DNA of 64,000 bases from positions 59,511 to 123,510 of the forward strand of contig JBHIAV010000001.1 in NCBI GenBank assembly GCA_046758745.1, in the 5' to 3' direction. The position numbers and the translations under genes are program-made. The notes beneath the pieces are model-generated. The model was not told the origin of the DNA. It saw only the letters and a list, made by a program, of their open reading frames with translations, and searched no databases. How positions within the stretch are numbered: position 1 is the first letter of the stretch; every line of letters starts with the position of its first letter. The DNA comes from Gemmatimonadota bacterium (GTDB lineage Bacteria; Gemmatimonadota; Gemmatimonadetes; Palauibacterales; Palauibacteraceae). This document shows positions 58,088-64,000 of this stretch, piece by piece.

Positions 58088-60757
58088 ATGTGCAGAATGC
58101 GCGCAGCCGCGGCTTTTCTCTCCCTGATCCTGGCCGGCGGATGCGGCGGCGGCTCGCCGACCGGGCCGGGGGGTGGCGGCGGCGGGGGTGGGGGTGGCGG
58201 CGGGACGACGTCGCTCCAGCTGATGAGCGGGAACAACCAGAGCGCGGGGACCGGCGCCGCGCTCGGGTTGCCCCTCGTCGTCCGCGTGAACAACTCCTCG
58301 ACGGGTCCCGTCATCGGCGCCACGGTGACGTGGACGATCTCGCAGCAGCCGGCGGGGGCCTCCGGGGCGGCGGTCAGCCAGCCGAGCACCACCACCGGCG
58401 CCGACGGCCGGACCTCCGTCACCTTCACCCTCGGCTCCGAGGCCGGGGCGTACGAGGTGACCGCCTCGATCGCGGGTTCCTCGGTCGCCTTCGCGGCGAC
58501 CGCCATCCTGCGCGTGCCGACGACCGTCGCCTCGGTGTCGGGGGACACGCAGACGGCGATGGTGAGCACCGAGCTCCCGGACTCGCTGGTGGCCGAGGTG
58601 CGGGACCAGTTCGGGGAGCTGATGGTCGGCGAGACCGTCGACTTCACGATCTCCAGGGGCTTCGGCGGCTCGCCGTCGGTGAGCCCCGCCAGCGCCTCGA
58701 CCGACGCGGGCGGCCGGGCGGCGACGAGCCTCACGCTGGGTAGCAAGAACGGAACGTACGGCGTGCGCGCCGATGCCAGCGGAGCCTCCGTGGAGTTCAC
58801 GGCCATCGCGACGGGCGGGGCCGAGGACCTGATCGGCATCACCGCCGTCTCCCCCGACACGGTGACCGAGGGTGGGAGCGCCACCATCACCGGCTCCGGC
58901 TTCAGCGCCACCGTCTCGGAGAACTCGGTGTCGTTCGACGGGCGGGCGGCGACGGTGACCATGGCGACCGCCAGCTCGCTGACGGTGACCGTGCCCACCT
59001 TCACCGATCAGTGCCTGCCGCGCCGCGCCACCTCGGTGCTGGTGGCGGTCGGGCCCGACTCCTCCTCCGTCTTCGCCTCGCAGATCAAGCCGGGGCTCCC
59101 GGAGCTGAGCCTGGCGCCGGGCGCCGACACGGTGCTCTCGGGGCCGTCCGAGGTCGGCTGCGCCTTCCTCCCGCCCCACGCGGCGGGGGCGGAGTACGAG
59201 GTGATCGCGGCGGTGACGCCGTCGGGTCCCCTCGGCTTCACGTCTACGACGACCTCGGTCAACGGCCGAGGTCCGGTGCTCTCCCTCATCGGGCCGCTGG
59301 CCGCGGTGGAGGGAATCGGCCGGCGAAGGACGGCCGGAACGGCGCTTCGTCCCCCCGGGGCCCGCTCTGTCTCTGCGGACCCCGCGCGGGAGCCGTGGGC
59401 CGTGCAGTACGCGTGGGACCTCCATCTGCGGGAGCTCGAGCGTCCGCTGCGCTCGTCCGTGCGGGCGGGCGCCGGGTTCGGGCTGCTCGCCTCGGCCGTC
59501 CCGCCGTCGGTGGGCGACAGCGCGGACTTCCAGGCGTCGTGCGCCAGCGGCGCAGCGGTTCGCGCCGTCGTGCGCAGCGTAGGAAGCGCCGGGGTCGCGT
59601 ACGAGGACACGGTGGTGGCCGGGTCCGCGTTCAGCACGGCGCAGTACGACTCCATCGTGGCCGAGTTCGACACCCTGATCTTCGCCACCGACACGACGTA
59701 CTTCGGCGCTCCCGGGGACACGGACGCCAACCAGCGCGTCATCATGCTCTTCACCCCGGAGGTCAACGCCCTGACCACGGGGAACTACAGCGGCGGTTTC
59801 GTCGGCGGGTTCTTCTGCGCGCTCGACCTGATCAGCGGCGTGGGCAACGACGCGGAGATGTTCTACACGGTCGTCCCGGATCCGATGGGACAGTTCAACG
59901 GCGGCGGCGGGACGCTCGACGCGGCCACCGTCCGCTTCAACACGCCCAACATCATCGGGCACGAGTTCCAGCACCTCATAAACTTTCAGCAGGGGATCGG
60001 CGGCGCGGACGATGTGTGGCTCAACGAGGGGCTCTCCCACCTGGCCGAGGAGGTGAACGGTCACGCGTGGACCGGCCTCTCGCCGGGCTCGGAGCTCGCG
60101 GCGGCGGACTTCACCAGCCCCACCCTCTTCTCGCAGTGGTACCTGCCGCAGTTCCGAAACTTCTCGCGCTACCTGGCCGATCCCCCCGGCGCGGGTGGCC
60201 TTCTGCTCCAGGCCGATCCGGGCACGTCCGGGGACCTGCCCGGCTCCTTCCGGATGCGCGGGGCCGCGTGGGCGTTCGTCCGCTACCTGCTCGACCGCTT
60301 CTCCACCCCGGCCACCGAGACGTCGTTCACCCGCTCGCTGATCCAGGGGGCCGGGCCCGACGTCTCCAACATCGAGTCCCTCACGGGAGTGGCGTTCGAG
60401 GATCTGGTGGCCGACTTCAACGCCATGCTCATCGTCGAGGACCGGTCGGACCTCGGAGGGGCGCCCCGCGCGGCGCTGGGCCTCACCTCGTACCGCCTGC
60501 GCAACATGTATGACAACGCGGTCGGCGGCTTCGGGCTCAACTTCAGCGGCAGCACCGGCTACCTGCTCACTCCCGTCGCGGCGAGCCTCGAGTCCACCAG
60601 CGCCAGCAACCGGGACATCTTCACGGCGACGGCTCACTTCCTCACGCTGTCGGCCGGCGCCGCGTCCGGCGGCACCGGGGTGCGGCTCAGCAAGCAGGTG
60701 GGGCCGGACCTGGGCGCCACCACCGAGCCCCGCGTGGTGATCATTCGGACGAAGTAG
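58088..60757 (+). CDS. surface lipoprotein: Ig-like (Big_1) repeats, IPT/TIG domain and zinc metallopeptidase
   Basis: SD GAGGAG, lipobox AGGC, poly-Gly linker, SGNNQ/SGDTQ repeats, TITGSGF, HEFQH...WLNEGLSHLAE. Confidence 0.85.
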   Translation: MCRMRAAAAFLSLILAGGCGGGSPTGPGGGGGGGGGGGGTTSLQLMSGNNQSAGTGAALGLPLVVRVNNSSTGPVIGATVTWTISQQPAGASGAAVSQPSTTTGADGRTSVTFTLGSEAGAYEVTASIAGSSVAFAATAILRVPTTVASVSGDTQTAMVSTELPDSLVAEVRDQFGELMVGETVDFTISRGFGGSPSVSPASASTDAGGRAATSLTLGSKNGTYGVRADASGASVEFTAIATGGAEDLIGITAVSPDTVTEGGSATITGSGFSATVSENSVSFDGRAATVTMATASSLTVTVPTFTDQCLPRRATSVLVAVGPDSSSVFASQIKPGLPELSLAPGADTVLSGPSEVGCAFLPPHAAGAEYEVIAAVTPSGPLGFTSTTTSVNGRGPVLSLIGPLAAVEGIGRRRTAGTALRPPGARSVSADPAREPWAVQYAWDLHLRELERPLRSSVRAGAGFGLLASAVPPSVGDSADFQASCASGAAVRAVVRSVGSAGVAYEDTVVAGSAFSTAQYDSIVAEFDTLIFATDTTYFGAPGDTDANQRVIMLFTPEVNALTTGNYSGGFVGGFFCALDLISGVGNDAEMFYTVVPDPMGQFNGGGGTLDAATVRFNTPNIIGHEFQHLINFQQGIGGADDVWLNEGLSHLAEEVNGHAWTGLSPGSELAAADFTSPTLFSQWYLPQFRNFSRYLADPPGAGGLLLQADPGTSGDLPGSFRMRGAAWAFVRYLLDRFSTPATETSFTRSLIQGAGPDVSNIESLTGVAFEDLVADFNAMLIVEDRSDLGGAPRAALGLTSYRLRNMYDNAVGGFGLNFSGSTGYLLTPVAASLESTSASNRDIFTATAHFLTLSAGAASGGTGVRLSKQVGPDLGATTEPRVVIIRTK

Positions 60758-60907
60758 CGCGGCAGCGGAGACCCCGCCGGGAGCGCGCTCCGGCCCCTGG
60801 GGCGGGAACCGATCCAGAGACGGGTCGCGGGCGCGCCTGGGCCGCCGACAGGCGCGACGGTCAGGCACGGCTTGCCGCCCCCTCTCGGAGCGCTCACTTT
60901 GGCTCAC

Positions 60908-62032
60908 ATGAGCGAAAGCACGACAGGAGAGGACGTTAGCGGCTCGCGGGGCGAGCTCGTGGACCGGTTCCGCGCCGGGGAGGAAGGAGCGCTGGCGCGG
61001 GCGATCACGCTGGTCGAGAACCAGGCGCCCGGCTTCGAAGCCCTCCTCGATGCCCTGCGCGAAGGAGTCGGGCGGGCCCACCGCATCGGGATCACGGGCC
61101 CGCCGGGGGCGGGGAAGTCCACCCTGGTCGCCGGACTGGCGCGCCTGTACCGCGACCGGGGGGAGCGGGTCGGCGTCATCGCCGTGGATCCTTCGAGCCC
61201 GTTCACCGGAGGGGCGCTCCTAGGCGATCGCGTCCGCATGAGCGAGCTGGCGACCGAACCGGGGATCTTCATCCGGTCGATGGCCAGCCGAGGGTCGGCG
61301 GGCGGTCTCGCCACCTCGACCCGCGAGGTGGCGGACCTGATGGACGCCTTCGGCTTTGCCCGGATGATCCTGGAGACGGTGGGAGTGGGGCAGTCGGAGC
61401 TGGAGATCGCCACCTCCGCCGACAGCACCGTGCTGGTGCTCGTACCGGAATCGGGCGACGGGATCCAGACGATGAAGGCCGGGCTGATGGAGGTGGCGGA
61501 CCTGTTCGTGGTCAACAAGGCGGACAGGCAGGGTGCCGACCGCCTGAGGAAGGAGATCGAGGTCTCGAGGGCGCTGAGCGCCGGATTTGCCCTCCGCGGC
61601 GTCCCCCCACACCACGGAGTGGAGCTCAGCCGGATGGGTCGAAGACGGGGGGTGAGCGGACGCGGACCGCGAGGCACGGCCGCGGCCCATGAGCTCGATG
61701 CGGCCCGGTGGAGGGTGCCGGTGCTCATGTGCGTCGCCTCCAGGGGGGAAGGGCTGGACGAGCTCGCGGCGGCGCTCGACGAGCATCTGGAGTGGCTTCG
61801 CGGCTCCGGGAGGCTCGCCGACGGGCGGCGAGCCGCGCTCCTCGAGCAGGCCCGCTCCGTTCTCACCCGCGCGGTCGAGCGAAGGGCGCGCGCGTGCTGG
61901 GACGCGTGGCTGGAGCGGGAGGGGGGAACGACGCGGCTCGAGGACACCTCGCCGTACGCGCTCGCCCGGAAGCTCTACCGGGAGCTGTGGCCGGACGGAA
62001 ACACCGGTCCGGAGGACGGACCGGCGGCGTAA
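60908..62032 (+). CDS. meaB: MeaB/ArgK GTPase chaperone for B12-dependent mutase
   Basis: [46 protein letters not shown]. Confidence 0.95.
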   Translation: MSESTTGEDVSGSRGELVDRFRAGEEGALARAITLVENQAPGFEALLDALREGVGRAHRIGITGPPGAGKSTLVAGLARLYRDRGERVGVIAVDPSSPFTGGALLGDRVRMSELATEPGIFIRSMASRGSAGGLATSTREVADLMDAFGFARMILETVGVGQSELEIATSADSTVLVLVPESGDGIQTMKAGLMEVADLFVVNKADRQGADRLRKEIEVSRALSAGFALRGVPPHHGVELSRMGRRRGVSGRGPRGTAAAHELDAARWRVPVLMCVASRGEGLDELAAALDEHLEWLRGSGRLADGRRAALLEQARSVLTRAVERRARACWDAWLEREGGTTRLEDTSPYALARKLYRELWPDGNTGPEDGPAA

Positions 62033-62244
62033 GCGCGATCTGTCGCGCGTCGCGCTCTACGGCGCGTGCGGCTCAGGGCCGGAACGTTGCTTGCAAGCCC
62101 GTCGTTGGGCCTTTCGGAGCGGCTCCGACCCTCGCCTCGGAACGAGTGCGGGAGAGTGCGGTATACTCCGGCCCCGGCGAGCGCACCGACGGGGGCGGCG
62201 CTCCGGGTGGGAAGCTCTCCAGAAAACGTCGACGGGGACGATAG

Positions 62245-63969
62245 ATGGCTCACGTGCTGGACGGGGACAAGCGCGCGCCGGACGACCTCCGACGGGAGGT
62301 CGAGCGCCGGCGTCGGGAGCTGGCCGCGCTGGAAGCGGAGCTCGAGCGGTGGGAGAAGAGCTTCGACGCCAGCGAGCAGCGCACGGAGACGGACTTCACC
62401 ACTGTCTCCGACTACGCCGTGAAGCCGCTGTATACTCCGCTGGATACGGCGGACGACCTGTACCGGCGCGACCTTGGCCTTCCGGGCGAGTACCCGTTCA
62501 CCCGCGGGCCGTACCACTCGATGTACCGCACGAAGCTGTGGACGATGCGGCAGTTCGCCGGCTTCGCGACGGCCGAGGAGACGAACCGCCGTTACAAGTT
62601 CCTTCTTGAGCGCGGGCAGACCGGCCTCTCCGTGGCCTTCGACTTCCCAACCCTGATGGGCTACGACTCCGACGACCCTCTCTCGGAGGGAGAGGTTGGA
62701 AAGTGCGGCGTGGCCATCTCGAGCCTTGCCGACATGGAGACGTTGTTCGACGGCATCCCGCTCGACCGTGTCTCCGTGTCGATGACGATCAACGGACCGG
62801 CGATCATGCTCTACTGCTTCCTTCTCGTCACGGCGGAGAAGCAGGGAGTGCCGTTCGAGCGCGTCCGGGGGACGATCCAGAACGACATCCTGAAAGAATA
62901 CATGGCGCAGCATGCCTGGATCTTCCCGCCGAAGCCCGCGCTCAAGATCATCACCGACATCTTCAAGTGGTCCTTCAGGCAAGCACCGCGCTTCAACACG
63001 ATCTCGATCTCGGGCTACCACATCCGCGAAGCCGGCGCGACCGCGGTCCAGGAGCTCGCGTACACCCTGAAGAACGGCTTCACCTACGTGGAGGAGGGAA
63101 TTGCACGCGGGCTGGACGTCGACCACTTCGCGCCTCGCCTCTCCTTCTTCTGGGATGTGCACAACGACTTCTTCGAGGAAGTGGCGAAGTTTCGTGCCGC
63201 GCGCCGCATCTGGGCCCGCCACATGCGGCAGACGTACGGGGCGACGAGGAAGAACAGCTGGCGGCTTCGCACGCACGCCCAGACCTCCGGCGTGACGCTC
63301 ACCGCTCAGCAGCCACACAACAACATCGTGCGAGTGGCCTACCAGGCGCTGGCGGCGGCTCTCGGCGGTACCCAATCCCTACATACCAACGCGATGGACG
63401 AGACGCTCGCCTTGCCTACCGAGCATGCCGTCCGGGTGGCGCTTCGAACGCAGCAGATCCTCGCGTACGAGACCGGTGTCGCCAACACCATCGACCCGCT
63501 GGCCGGCTCGTATTACCTGGAGAAGCTGACGAACGACCTCGAGGCGCAGGCCGAAGAGATCTTCCGGGAGATCGATGAGCTGGGTGGTGTGGTGGCCGGG
63601 ATCGAGTCGGGATACTTCCAGGCGCAGATCGCGGCCTCCGCCCGGCGATTCCAGGAAGAGGTCGAGTCCGGGCGTCGGATCATCGTGGGCGTCAACGAGT
63701 TTCTGGAAGAGGATGAGCCCCCGCTCGAGGTGCTCAAGATCGGGGAGGAGGCGGCGGAGACGCAGTACCGCCGGCTCGCCGAGGTGCGCGCCCGCCGGGA
63801 CGATGCCGCCGTGAGAGCCGCGCTGGCACGCCTCACCGCGGCGGCGGAGCGGGACGGGAACCTGATGCCGCCGATGCTGGACGCGGTCCGCGCCTACGCC
63901 ACCTTGGGAGAGCTACGGGAAGCTCTTGTCACGGTGTATAGCCGCTTCCACGAGCCCGTCGCCTTCTGA
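62245..63969 (+). CDS. acyl-CoA mutase large subunit (MCM family; ICM-type residues; no B12-binding domain)
   Basis: [51 protein letters not shown]. Confidence 0.93.
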   Translation: MAHVLDGDKRAPDDLRREVERRRRELAALEAELERWEKSFDASEQRTETDFTTVSDYAVKPLYTPLDTADDLYRRDLGLPGEYPFTRGPYHSMYRTKLWTMRQFAGFATAEETNRRYKFLLERGQTGLSVAFDFPTLMGYDSDDPLSEGEVGKCGVAISSLADMETLFDGIPLDRVSVSMTINGPAIMLYCFLLVTAEKQGVPFERVRGTIQNDILKEYMAQHAWIFPPKPALKIITDIFKWSFRQAPRFNTISISGYHIREAGATAVQELAYTLKNGFTYVEEGIARGLDVDHFAPRLSFFWDVHNDFFEEVAKFRAARRIWARHMRQTYGATRKNSWRLRTHAQTSGVTLTAQQPHNNIVRVAYQALAAALGGTQSLHTNAMDETLALPTEHAVRVALRTQQILAYETGVANTIDPLAGSYYLEKLTNDLEAQAEEIFREIDELGGVVAGIESGYFQAQIAASARRFQEEVESGRRIIVGVNEFLEEDEPPLEVLKIGEEAAETQYRRLAEVRARRDDAAVRAALARLTAAAERDGNLMPPMLDAVRAYATLGELREALVTVYSRFHEPVAF

Positions 63970-64000
63970 GAAGCGGGCGCGGCAAGCGGGCGCCTTCGGG

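Noticed and set aside
58165-58205. GGN-rich repeat or G-quadruplex-like tract
   Set aside because: It encodes the poly-Gly linker of the lipoprotein, with mixed synonymous codons.
62033-62244. Cobalamin riboswitch before the B12-dependent mutase
   Set aside because: The B12-box and conserved core are not recognisable by eye. An Infernal scan would settle it.
1-64000. rRNA, tRNA, transposase, integrase, prophage or defence genes
   Set aside because: None recognised. mazG is the housekeeping tandem-domain type with no adjacent toxin-antitoxin genes.

Overview
This is a high-GC, gene-dense bacterial chromosome segment. Gene content and protein style suggest Gemmatimonadota or a related FCB-group lineage (inference only). 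About 50 mostly housekeeping genes are present: recG (5'-truncated), asnS, mazG, alr-cdd-lipoprotein-OMP, miaB-lapA-comEC, fbp, then a long minus-strand run (truA-htrA-purB-purC-purS-purQ-purL-purF-ppdK-5'-nucleotidase-add-TonB receptor). These are followed by a trp cluster split by lexA (trpD / trpCF-trpB-trpA), a secreted S8 protease, rqcH, panBC-yqeK-LytR_C, rlmN, ptsN-aspS-phoH-pgpH-ybeY-DUF502-mgtE, a surface metallopeptidase lipoprotein, and meaB plus an acyl-CoA mutase large subunit. I found no rRNA, tRNA, CRISPR or mobile element. Five signals stand out. (1) An unexplained 8-unit, ~23-bp phased repeat array lies between asnS and a small membrane-protein gene. (2) A tandem direct-repeat operator (CCGAAC-N5-CCGAAA) covers the lexA promoter and is a candidate SOS box. 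(3) purS and aspS lack canonical in-frame starts and appear to use ATT and CTG. (4) The mutase carries isobutyryl-CoA mutase rather than methylmalonyl-CoA mutase signature residues. (5) Several leaderless, bidirectional and sigma54-type promoter arrangements are visible.
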